Shown here piece after piece: positions 19,437 through 26,839 of a stretch of 26,839 bases of DNA; within the stretch, counting starts at the first letter, position 1, and every line of letters starts with the position of its first letter. The position numbers were made by a program, and so were the translations under genes. Origin of the DNA: Candidatus Poribacteria bacterium (GTDB taxonomy: Bacteria; Poribacteria; WGA-4E; UBA9662); NCBI GenBank assembly GCA_036339735.1, contig JAYZAL010000020.1:1-26839 (forward strand). The letters run 5' to 3'. The notes beneath the pieces are model-generated. The model was not told where the DNA came from, did not search any database, and saw only the letters and a list, made by a program, of their open reading frames with translations.

Positions 19437-19796
19437 CTATAGACCTTCTTCTACTTCGTCGTCAGTTGCACCTGTATCTTCAAGGTAGATTTGGTCGAAT
19501 AAATCATCTGACTTATCAGTTGATTTCGTTTCATCAACTGACACATCATCATCATCGTTTTCGCTAAACAAAGAAAACGGATCTGACTGATCATTACTGG
19601 GTTGTTCTAAGCGTCGATATTCAATCTTATGTTCCACAACTTCTTCCAGCGCCTCAGTGACACACTTTTTGGAATTCGGATTCAAGAACTGAAGGTTGCG
19701 ATCATTAAGTACGCGAGCCCTTTGCGCTATCATGTTTACTGCTAGATACTTGTTACCAACCCGATCCGACAAATCTTCTAAATAAACTATGGCCAT
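19437..19796 (-). CDS. rpoZ: RNA polymerase omega subunit with acidic C-terminal extension
   Basis: LEDLSDRVGNKYLAVNMIAQRARVL...KCVTEALEEV matches omega. GGAGGA lies 4 nt before the ATG at 19796, so the ORF track start at 19862 is probably too far upstream. Confidence 0.82.
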   Translation of the reverse strand: MAIVYLEDLSDRVGNKYLAVNMIAQRARVLNDRNLQFLNPNSKKCVTEALEEVVEHKIEYRRLEQPSNDQSDPFSLFSENDDDDVSVDETKSTDKSDDLFDQIYLEDTGATDDEVEEGL

Positions 19797-19893
19797 TTCA
19801 TCCTCCAAAACCAAATAACGGGCAATCATAGCACAAAAAATTACAAATTGCAATATAACCAATCAATGATTCTAGCCTAATCAGCCATCTAAA

Positions 19894-21558
19894 TTAATAT
19901 TCTGATTGGTCTTTTTGTAATTCTACCAACCTCTGCTGAAAGACGGGGTTGTCAGGTGCAGATTCTATGGCTGACTGACAAGCTTTGAGTGCCAACTTTA
20001 TTTTTCCTGCCTGGTGATAAACTTGGGCAAGGATATCGAAGTATTCGGGAGCAGGTTGGAGTTGACAGGCCTGTTCAGCTAGTAAGCACGCTTGGTCATT
20101 TTCGGTATTCTTTTTAAGATAAACTTGGGCTAGACCAATCATAGCATAGTGGGCCTTGGAGTCAGAGGCCAGAGCTTTCTGGAAAGCCAAGATAGCTTTT
20201 TGATGATCTTTTTTTTGTAGATAAATTGTCCCTAAGCCTGCCTGAGCTAACGCCAAAGTTGGGTTCGTCTGACCAGTGATAGTTTGATTGGCCTCAGACT
20301 GTTGAAGTACTGCCCTATAATGCTTCTCGGCCAAATCCGATTTCTGTTGAAAGTGGAAAATCTTCGCTAAGCCAAGGTGAGGAGCGGCTGTTTGAGGAGA
20401 ATATTTCAAAGCAGTTTGGTAAGATTTTGTAGCTGCTATCAGCTGGCCACTCTGAAAATAGATACGACCCAGAGCGTAGTGGGCCTCAGAGTAATGGTTG
20501 CCAACAGCAACTGCTGATTGATAAGCAGAAAGAGCCAAGTCCATTTTATTATATTTTTCGTAGATTTTCCCCAATCGATAGTGGACAGCTGGGTTATTTG
20601 GTTCAATAGTAATGGCTCGCTCTCGGTCTTCAATTTCAGTTGCAATGGCTTTGAGCTGTCGGTAAACATCCATTGTTTGTCTTCCTTCACTCGTTCGCCT
20701 TAGTCTAAAGTAGCCCTGAGCCAGATTATAATGTGCACCAACATGATCTGCTTTCTGCTTAATAACAGTTTCAAAAGCACTGACAGCCGCGGGAAACTGC
20801 TTCTGTTTCATTAAAATCAAGCCTAGATGGTATCGGGCTTCAAAAAAACTTGGATCTACCTGAACTGCTTTCTCTAATAGTGGAAATGCTTGCTGAATAT
20901 TGCCTTTCCCTTGATAGATAGCGCCTAAATTACCCAATGCCATGGGGAGACTAGAATCAATTTCTAAGGCAGATTTATAGCTCTTTATCGCCTTATCCAG
21001 CTGGTTTATGGCCTCATAACAAGCGGCCAAATTTGTTATTACTGAAGGTGCAGAAGCCGAAATCTTCAGGGCTTTTTGGTAGGAAGTTATGGCTTTCGAA
21101 TAATCAGATCTTTTGTGATAAATGGTCGCGAGACCAATATAAGCACGATTTTGGCTGGTGGAACTAATGCCAACTGGTTGTTCTACTAAATGATTGTAGG
21201 TGGAAATTGCTAGATTGGTACGGTTGGTAGACTTATAAAGATGTGCCAAATTGAGCTGAGCCTGCTCCAAATAGCCATCTAATTCAACGGCTTTTAGTAA
21301 ATGCAGTTCGGCCAAGCCTAGCTCACCTGCTTGCAGATAGATCGTACCAATAGCTCCATGAGATTTGGCAAAATCATCATCTGCTTCGATGGATTGACGA
21401 AATAGATGGGTAGCAGATTCGGTGCGCCCACTTCGTAATTCTATTAGCCCTCGTTGGTACAATTGTTCAGGAAAATCGGTCTTCACTGAGTTAGCCGATT
21501 GCACCAGCACCAACCAGAAAATGAAACTAACAAGTAATCTGTGGTTTTCTATCCGCAT
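19894..21558 (-). CDS. Exported TPR protein
   Basis: N-terminal hydrophobic signal and TPR units (ALGNLGAIY, ARYHLGLIL, AHYALGRIY) to the end. Confidence 0.9.
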   Translation of the reverse strand: MRIENHRLLVSFIFWLVLVQSANSVKTDFPEQLYQRGLIELRSGRTESATHLFRQSIEADDDFAKSHGAIGTIYLQAGELGLAELHLLKAVELDGYLEQAQLNLAHLYKSTNRTNLAISTYNHLVEQPVGISSTSQNRAYIGLATIYHKRSDYSKAITSYQKALKISASAPSVITNLAACYEAINQLDKAIKSYKSALEIDSSLPMALGNLGAIYQGKGNIQQAFPLLEKAVQVDPSFFEARYHLGLILMKQKQFPAAVSAFETVIKQKADHVGAHYNLAQGYFRLRRTSEGRQTMDVYRQLKAIATEIEDRERAITIEPNNPAVHYRLGKIYEKYNKMDLALSAYQSAVAVGNHYSEAHYALGRIYFQSGQLIAATKSYQTALKYSPQTAAPHLGLAKIFHFQQKSDLAEKHYRAVLQQSEANQTITGQTNPTLALAQAGLGTIYLQKKDHQKAILAFQKALASDSKAHYAMIGLAQVYLKKNTENDQACLLAEQACQLQPAPEYFDILAQVYHQAGKIKLALKACQSAIESAPDNPVFQQRLVELQKDQSEY

Positions 21559-21564
21559 CTAATT

Positions 21565-22425
21565 CTATTTGTTGGTTATATCCATGGCACAGCGGAATCC
21601 ACGCAACATCGACCCAGGGTTTCCACCCAACCGACCAGCACAGCGAGTATAATCTTTATTGACTGACCAGTCCCCACCCTTGAGAACATGTCCATCACCA
21701 TCAACTGGCCCTTTAGGATTGGTTGATGGTGCCGTCAAGAAATAATCTACATCATACCAATCTGAAACCCATTCCCATAAATTCCCCGCCATGTCGAGTG
21801 CACCATACGGGCTCGCTCCTTGTGGAAATTGACCGACTGGTGCTGTTTGTTTGTAACCGTCTTTGTCGCCGGTACCATCATTACCACTTAACCGGGTATC
21901 ATCCCACTGACTTCCCCAAGGCCAAATTCGACCATCAGTACCACGAGCAGCTTTTTCCCACTCGGCTTCAGTTGGTAATCGCTTACCCACCCACTCCGCG
22001 TAGGCCATAGCGTCTTCCCATACCATTACCATAGCCGGGTAATCAGGGTTGTCGTGCGGTGGGATATGAACATAATCTTGAGGCTGATAACCGGTTTCAG
22101 CTAAAAATTTTTGATATTGACGATTAGTAACTTCATGTATATCGATCAAAAAAGCGTCAACGTAAACCGTCCTCTGTGGCATTTCATTGACATAACGTTC
22201 CGCTTTTCTTAACGGAAAAAGATCCTTGTAAACTTCCAAATCAGCTTGGCTGGTTCCCATTAGGAAATTACCAGCTGGCACATATACCATCTCCACACTA
22301 TCTCTAGGCTGAGCCTTAGTATCTCCGACACCCCAATGGGTTAGTTCACAAGCTGTCATACACCAGCTAACTACAGCCAAAATTAACATTGGAACGAGAT
22401 GGGTAATAGGTTTGGATGAATTCAT
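21565..22425 (-). CDS. Formylglycine-generating-enzyme-fold (SUMF1/EgtB/PvdO family) protein, possible lipoprotein
   Basis: VPAGNFLMG, EVTNRQY, RLPTEAEWEKAARG, YGALDMAGNLWEW and GFRCA motifs. Lipobox-like MTA-C follows a hydrophobic stretch. Confidence 0.88.
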   Translation of the reverse strand: MNSSKPITHLVPMLILAVVSWCMTACELTHWGVGDTKAQPRDSVEMVYVPAGNFLMGTSQADLEVYKDLFPLRKAERYVNEMPQRTVYVDAFLIDIHEVTNRQYQKFLAETGYQPQDYVHIPPHDNPDYPAMVMVWEDAMAYAEWVGKRLPTEAEWEKAARGTDGRIWPWGSQWDDTRLSGNDGTGDKDGYKQTAPVGQFPQGASPYGALDMAGNLWEWVSDWYDVDYFLTAPSTNPKGPVDGDGHVLKGGDWSVNKDYTRCAGRLGGNPGSMLRGFRCAMDITNK

Positions 22426-22502
22426 AGTCGATCAGGATTTGTATATCAGATAAAAATGGAGAGAGGTCAGACTGTTTTGAATAGTTAGAACTCCGATGAC
22501 CG

Positions 22503-22531
22503 ATTATACCACAACGAGGTAATTAGAGTAA
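22503..22531 (-). promoter_or_regulatory. Sigma70-type promoter with extended -10 for the FGE-fold/TPR genes
   Basis: Minus strand TGTGGTATAAT (TGnTATAAT) lies about 78 nt upstream of the 22425 start. A weak -35 (TTACTC) sits at 17 bp spacing. Confidence 0.55.
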
Positions 22532-22872
22532 TTGTGCGTTAGTGTAATCTTTTCAGAAAAACATACCCCATCAAAAAAATCTTGGTGCCAAAATTTAATC
22601 AGCTCACCTAGGTCAGGCAACAAGTATTAGATCCAATTACTTACCATCATCCCATCGCCATAAGGCTTGATTGACAAATACTTTCTTTTTTTACACTGAA
22701 AAAGGATCTTGTAAGCTTTTAGACTACGTTTTAACAACACTGGTATAAACTTCTGACCAAGAAGAAAATCAATTGATAGTCAAGTGGAAAGTAAGAGTTT
22801 GGTTATCCACTTTTCTATTGTTTTCTATTGGTAAAGTACATTAACTAGCTAGCGAAGCTTTAATAAAAATAC

Positions 22873-22911
22873 AAAAAAATAGGAGCTCGACCAATTCAAT
22901 AGCCGAGCTCC
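22873..22911 (-). terminator. Intrinsic terminator of the minus-strand paralog pair
   Basis: Minus strand reads GGAGCTCGGCTA-ttgaat-TGGTCGAGCTCC-TATTTTTTT. The G-U pairs form only on the minus strand. Confidence 0.8.
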
Positions 22912-22986
22912 CACCTTGTCTTAACTAATACTGACCGTAGGTTGTCAGCGGTCAGAATAGCATATTCATATTGTTACATACCGTAA

Positions 22987-23799
22987 TTATCGAGTTTTAA
23001 GACTGCCCCAAGTGACAGATAGTTTAGATGCCGGTTCGACAGGAGTATCAGTCTTATATAACCAGGTAATTATTTCAGTACCAATTTCCGCTAATGGTTC
23101 TGTAGGTCCATTAATCTGGACACAAGGAATCAAGCGTCCTTTGTCTCCGTCGCGAACAATAACGGGATCAGCACGCGTACCATCTTTGGCATCAGCTAAA
23201 GATGCTTCGACCTTCCAGGTTGAGCCTTCAATCTCATCAACGTGGAAAGGACGATCAGATTCAATTTTTCCGACTTTAGCTAATGCCGGAGAAATCTCTT
23301 TTCCTTTGGCGGTGACTTCACAAGGTGTGTTGTCATCCCACATAGTGATCTCCTTAATATCCATAATACTTCGAAGACCTGCTTCTTTATTCCGGCCAGC
23401 CAAGCCCCAGAACATATAATCAGCGTGGTTGATAAAAGCATTACCATCTGTTGTCTCAACGAATCCCTCAGCCGGTGTTCCATCTGACAGATCGGCGTTT
23501 CCGGTGTCAAAAATTTCTGGCGGAATGTCGCCGAAAAGAACAACAACATCAATGCCACCATCCTTAGTGGTTTTCTTCATCCAATCAGCTATCTGTTTCC
23601 CATCACCATCATTTTTGAACCAAGTATTCTTGATTCCAGCATCATCGAGCAATTTGGTATACTTGTCGGCTTGTTCATCTGCTACATCTTTGCCAATCCA
23701 CTGGGTAAGACCGGTGTAAATGGCAACTTCGCCGGCGGAGTAGGCCAAACTGACGGTGAGCACCATTAGTGCTAACGAAAGAGTAAAAAAGCGTTTCAA
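22987..23799 (-). CDS. Secreted protein of unknown function, paralog A2, with C-terminal VEPASKLSVTWGSLK tail
   Basis: Signal peptide (MKRFFTLSLALMVLTVSLAYS) and visible homology to the three neighbours. The TTG start has an AGGAGG RBS inside the last codons of the upstream gene. Confidence 0.88.
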   Translation of the reverse strand: MKRFFTLSLALMVLTVSLAYSAGEVAIYTGLTQWIGKDVADEQADKYTKLLDDAGIKNTWFKNDGDGKQIADWMKKTTKDGGIDVVVLFGDIPPEIFDTGNADLSDGTPAEGFVETTDGNAFINHADYMFWGLAGRNKEAGLRSIMDIKEITMWDDNTPCEVTAKGKEISPALAKVGKIESDRPFHVDEIEGSTWKVEASLADAKDGTRADPVIVRDGDKGRLIPCVQINGPTEPLAEIGTEIITWLYKTDTPVEPASKLSVTWGSLKTR

Positions 23800-23800
23800 G

Positions 23801-24634
23801 TTATTCTCCTCCTAACTTAATATCACCCCATGATAGGGATAGTTTTTGGTTAGCATCGACTGCTAGAGCACCAACAGCCTCTACATAATAGTTCAACAGA
23901 ATATCGGCGAGAATGTCTCCCACCGGCTCAGGACACCCTGATGTTTGGCAGACTTGAATTAACCTACCTTTATAATTCTTTTCGGTCAATATGCAAGGAT
24001 CGGCTCGGTCAGTCTTGGCATTACCTGATTTAGAAGCAAAAGCCACCTCGAGTTCCCACTTTTTATCTAGTTGGTCAACATGGAATGGGCGATCTGACTC
24101 GATAGCTTTCATCTTAGCTAAAGTCGGGGAATACTTCTTACCCTCAGCGGTTAATTTCATCGGGGTATTATCATCCCACTGAACAATACCCGGGATGTCC
24201 ATCATTGTCTGAATCCCACATTCTTTGTTCCGACCACCTTGGCCCCAAAAGAAATAGTCAGCACTGTTAGTGAAGGTATTACCAGCTTCTAAATATTTCT
24301 CCGCGACAGAGCCATCTTTTTTAGCACAACCACCAGGATAAATAGTCGTTGGTATATCTCCATACATTACGAAGACATGGTTACCGTTTTTCTTGGTATG
24401 AGCTTTCATCCATTCAGCTGCTGGTTTGGCATTCAAATTTTCAACTTTCCCTATACCAGGCTTACCTTTCAGTCGCTTCATTAGGATGTCAGCCTGTTTT
24501 TGGGCTGCCCCCTGAGCAATCCATTGTGTTGTTTCAGTATAAACACAAACATCAACGGCTCTGGCAAAGCTGGAAATTGGCAAAAATGACAACACTAACA
24601 AGCAACAGAAAGAGAAAATAGCTATTCTTTTCAT
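23801..24634 (-). CDS. Secreted protein of unknown function, paralog A1, with C-terminal VDANQKLSLSWGDIK tail
   Basis: Signal peptide. Shares GRNKE, WDDNTP and IESDRPFHVD with A2. Confidence 0.88.
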   Translation of the reverse strand: MKRIAIFSFCCLLVLSFLPISSFARAVDVCVYTETTQWIAQGAAQKQADILMKRLKGKPGIGKVENLNAKPAAEWMKAHTKKNGNHVFVMYGDIPTTIYPGGCAKKDGSVAEKYLEAGNTFTNSADYFFWGQGGRNKECGIQTMMDIPGIVQWDDNTPMKLTAEGKKYSPTLAKMKAIESDRPFHVDQLDKKWELEVAFASKSGNAKTDRADPCILTEKNYKGRLIQVCQTSGCPEPVGDILADILLNYYVEAVGALAVDANQKLSLSWGDIKLGGE

Positions 24635-24680
24635 CTGTTCCGATTTAACCTCTCTTAAGAACTAGTATTCAACTTTCATC

Positions 24681-24709
24681 ATTCTCTTACACTTAATCTT
24701 TATTGTCAA
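24681..24709 (-). promoter_or_regulatory. Candidate sigma70 promoter for the A1-A2 pair
   Basis: Minus strand TTGACA (24709-24704), 17 bp spacer, then GAGAAT. Confidence 0.45.
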
Positions 24710-24744
24710 GTTTTTGTCACTTTTTTAAGTTTTTATTGTTTTCC

Positions 24745-24775
24745 TTTTGTCTTTTTTTTAAAATAAAGGACAAAA
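24745..24775. promoter_or_regulatory. AT-rich imperfect palindrome in the divergent intergenic region
   Basis: TTTTGTC-N17-GACAAAA, with 13 of 15 arm positions complementary. Confidence 0.4.
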
Positions 24776-24798
24776 CAGATCATTTCCCCAATAGAAAC

Positions 24799-24828
24799 TT
24801 GCCCTCATTACGATGTATCAGATATATT
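24799..24828 (+). promoter_or_regulatory. Candidate sigma70 promoter for the B1-B2 pair
   Basis: TTGCCC, 18 bp spacer, then TATATT. Confidence 0.3.
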
Positions 24829-24903
24829 TTGGCGTTATTCTTTCATTGAAGATAGACTTCGATCATACGAGATTATCAAAAATAACCAAAATCTAAACTG
24901 AAG

Positions 24904-24918
24904 AATTGTAGTACAATT
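24904..24918. promoter_or_regulatory. Perfect palindrome, candidate GntR/FadR-type operator
   Basis: AATTGTA-G-TACAATT, just upstream of the RBS and GTG of 24936. Confidence 0.55.
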
Positions 24919-24935
24919 ATGGGGGGAATCCTGAA

Positions 24936-25751
24936 GTGCAAAAAATATTTGCGTTTATTCTTTCATTTTCGATTTTTGTTCTAGCTTTCGACGCTAAAAG
25001 TGAGAACAAACAAATGGGCGAAATAGCCATATTTAACGAATCGGTCGGTTGGACCGATGTCGGAGCCGCTAAAGAAGCTACCGAAAAAATTCTAAAAACA
25101 AAATTGGGGAAAGCTAAGGTCTACGGTGACAAAGCAATTGGCGATTTTGCCAAAAAAAGAACAGAAGATGGTGCGCTAGACATTATCATAACCTTTGGTT
25201 ATTTTCCGGTCAGCCTTTACAAGCCGGGTAATGCTGAAAAAGAAGATTCAATAGCTGAAAAATTCTTGGAAGGCGGGGACATGTTCATGAATGCGGCTGA
25301 TTATATTTTCTACGTTACTCAGGGCGGTGGTGCTAATGGTGAAAATGGTCTCAAGACTATTACTGATAGTAACTTCGACTGCTGGACGGATGGAAACAGT
25401 ATAAAGCCTACTCCGGAAGGCAAGAAGTTTACGCCTAGTCTGAAGCCAACGGCTTCTCAAAGATCTATGAAGAAAGACCAAATCGACGACGATAAGAACT
25501 GGGAAGTGGAAGTCGTTTTCGGTGATGACAAAGGTGGTAAAGGAAGTTTATTGGATCCGGTAATTATCCGTCAGAAGGAACATGGTGGACGAGTTTGTAT
25601 CGTAACACAGACTCCTGGGGCAGTAGCCTACAGAGGTGATGTCATGTTCGAAATTCTAGACAATTACATTAGAAAAGAAGTTGCCGCTGCCTTTTCCGTC
25701 GATCCTCAGTCTAAGCTAGCGACGACTTGGTCGGAAATAAAGAGTTTCTAA
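24936..25751 (+). CDS. Secreted protein of unknown function, paralog B1, with C-terminal VDPQSKLATTWSEIK tail
   Basis: Signal peptide. Shares MNAADYIFYVT.GGGANG..GLKTIT.SNFDCW with B2. Confidence 0.88.
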   Translation: MQKIFAFILSFSIFVLAFDAKSENKQMGEIAIFNESVGWTDVGAAKEATEKILKTKLGKAKVYGDKAIGDFAKKRTEDGALDIIITFGYFPVSLYKPGNAEKEDSIAEKFLEGGDMFMNAADYIFYVTQGGGANGENGLKTITDSNFDCWTDGNSIKPTPEGKKFTPSLKPTASQRSMKKDQIDDDKNWEVEVVFGDDKGGKGSLLDPVIIRQKEHGGRVCIVTQTPGAVAYRGDVMFEILDNYIRKEVAAAFSVDPQSKLATTWSEIKSF

Positions 25752-25843
25752 TTCACCTTCGATTTGCTTGCTTATAGCTTCCGCCAAGTCGAAATTTTAT
25801 CAACCTCCAACTAGTAGACAAAAAATTCCTATAGGAGAAATTA

Positions 25844-26656
25844 ATGTTAAAAAAGACTTTTATTCTTTTTGCCTTAACGGCGTTAACCTTGACTTCAGCC
25901 TTTGCTGGCATCGATGAAATCGCCATATTTAATGCAAACGTTGGCTGGACAACAGTAGACGCTGCCGCTGAAGCCACAGAACAGATTGTAGCAAATGTCA
26001 AAACTGCTGCAAGCGTTAACGTTGTAGATATGGACGCACTAGCTGACTGGATTGTCAAAACCCACGAAGATGGAACAACTGATGCAATTATCCTGTTTGG
26101 TTACCTTCCGGAAACAGTATATGAGCCAGGTAACAGTCAGGAAGACGATTCCTTAATCGAAAAATTCATCAATGGTGGAAATATTGTGATGAATGCGGCT
26201 GATTACATCTTCTACGTGACCAAGGGTGGTGGCGCTAATGGTGATAAAGGATTAAAAACAATTACCAATAGCAACTTTGACTGCTGGGGCGACGAAAGTC
26301 CGTTTGCACCAACCGCTGATGGTAAAAAGTATGTACCTAGCTTGCCAGCCGAATACATTTCCCAAAGACCTATGAAAAAATCGCAAATTGATGCTGATGA
26401 TAATTGGGAAGTCGAAATTAGCTTTGGTTCAAATGGTGATGACAACCACGATCCGGTCGTAGTAAAGAGTACGACACATGGTGGCCGATTTGTAATCGTC
26501 CGACAAACTCCTGCAGCTGCTCCTGATCGTGGAGCCGTATTCAGTGAAATCATCGACAACTATTTCAGCACTGCAGTTACTGGTTCAACAGCAGTAGATC
26601 CAGCTGAAAAAGTTTCAACCACTTGGGGTAACCTGAAAGCCCAAGCTATCAAGTAA
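25844..26656 (+). CDS. Secreted protein of unknown function, paralog B2, with C-terminal VDPAEKVSTTWGNLK tail
   Basis: AGGAG RBS, signal peptide ending AFA, and homology to the three neighbours. Confidence 0.9.
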   Translation: MLKKTFILFALTALTLTSAFAGIDEIAIFNANVGWTTVDAAAEATEQIVANVKTAASVNVVDMDALADWIVKTHEDGTTDAIILFGYLPETVYEPGNSQEDDSLIEKFINGGNIVMNAADYIFYVTKGGGANGDKGLKTITNSNFDCWGDESPFAPTADGKKYVPSLPAEYISQRPMKKSQIDADDNWEVEISFGSNGDDNHDPVVVKSTTHGGRFVIVRQTPAAAPDRGAVFSEIIDNYFSTAVTGSTAVDPAEKVSTTWGNLKAQAIK

Positions 26657-26679
26657 GTTTTTTACTACTTACTAGAAAT

Positions 26680-26714
26680 AAAAAAGGCATACTCTGAAGA
26701 GTATGCCTTTTTTT
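26680..26714 (+). terminator. Intrinsic, probably bidirectional, terminator
   Basis: AAAAAA-GGCATACTC-tgaa-GAGTATGCC-TTTTTTT. Confidence 0.92.
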
Positions 26715-26839
26715 GTCTCAAACCAATCGTCTGATGAAAGAAAATTGATCACCCTTGGTTTAAGCAAACATTCTGTTGGTCCCGACAATTAATCTTACTT
26801 CTGGGTTCGTTTGGGATTGGCCTGCATTAAATGGTACTC

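Noticed and set aside
21565-22425. FGE-fold gene as a diversity-generating retroelement target
   Set aside because: No reverse transcriptase and no template-repeat copy of its 3' end were seen in the window.
23012-26559. Antisense ORFs over the paralogs (23012-23419, 23429-23719, 25753-26058, 26212-26559) and other short nested ORFs in the track
   Set aside because: They are shadows of real genes with no independent motifs.
26795-26839. Possible 3' end of a minus-strand gene (EYHLMQANPKRTQK*)
   Set aside because: It is compatible with the bidirectional terminator but too short to support.

Overview
AT-rich, gene-dense bacterial chromosomal window with no rRNA, tRNA, CRISPR array or mobile element that I can support. 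It is probably from Candidatus Poribacteria, inferred from the C-terminal 'V-D/E-x3-K-x4-W-x2-I/L-K' tails and the TPR, sulfatase and Gfo/Idh/MocA content. The left minus-strand block holds a 517-aa hypothetical protein, a Gfo/Idh/MocA oxidoreductase, a Cys-type sulfatase, two very long TPR-only proteins, a second oxidoreductase and a partial murJ. The plus-strand pair is a CBM9/DUF5916-like outer-membrane protein and an EamA transporter. The central minus-strand block holds an FGE-fold putative lipoprotein, a TPR protein, rpoZ with an acidic tail, an FmdB zinc-ribbon protein with a (DSGKS)9 minisatellite tail, a SpoIVB/S55-like peptidase whose motifs are circularly permuted relative to SpoIVB, and a coupled secreted beta-propeller protein. 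The most interesting locus is at the right end (22987-26656). It contains four paralogous ~270-aa secreted proteins of unknown function, arranged as two divergent pairs and bounded by terminators on both sides. All four carry the same C-terminal putative sorting motif, and the shared control region contains a perfect FadR/GntR-type palindrome.
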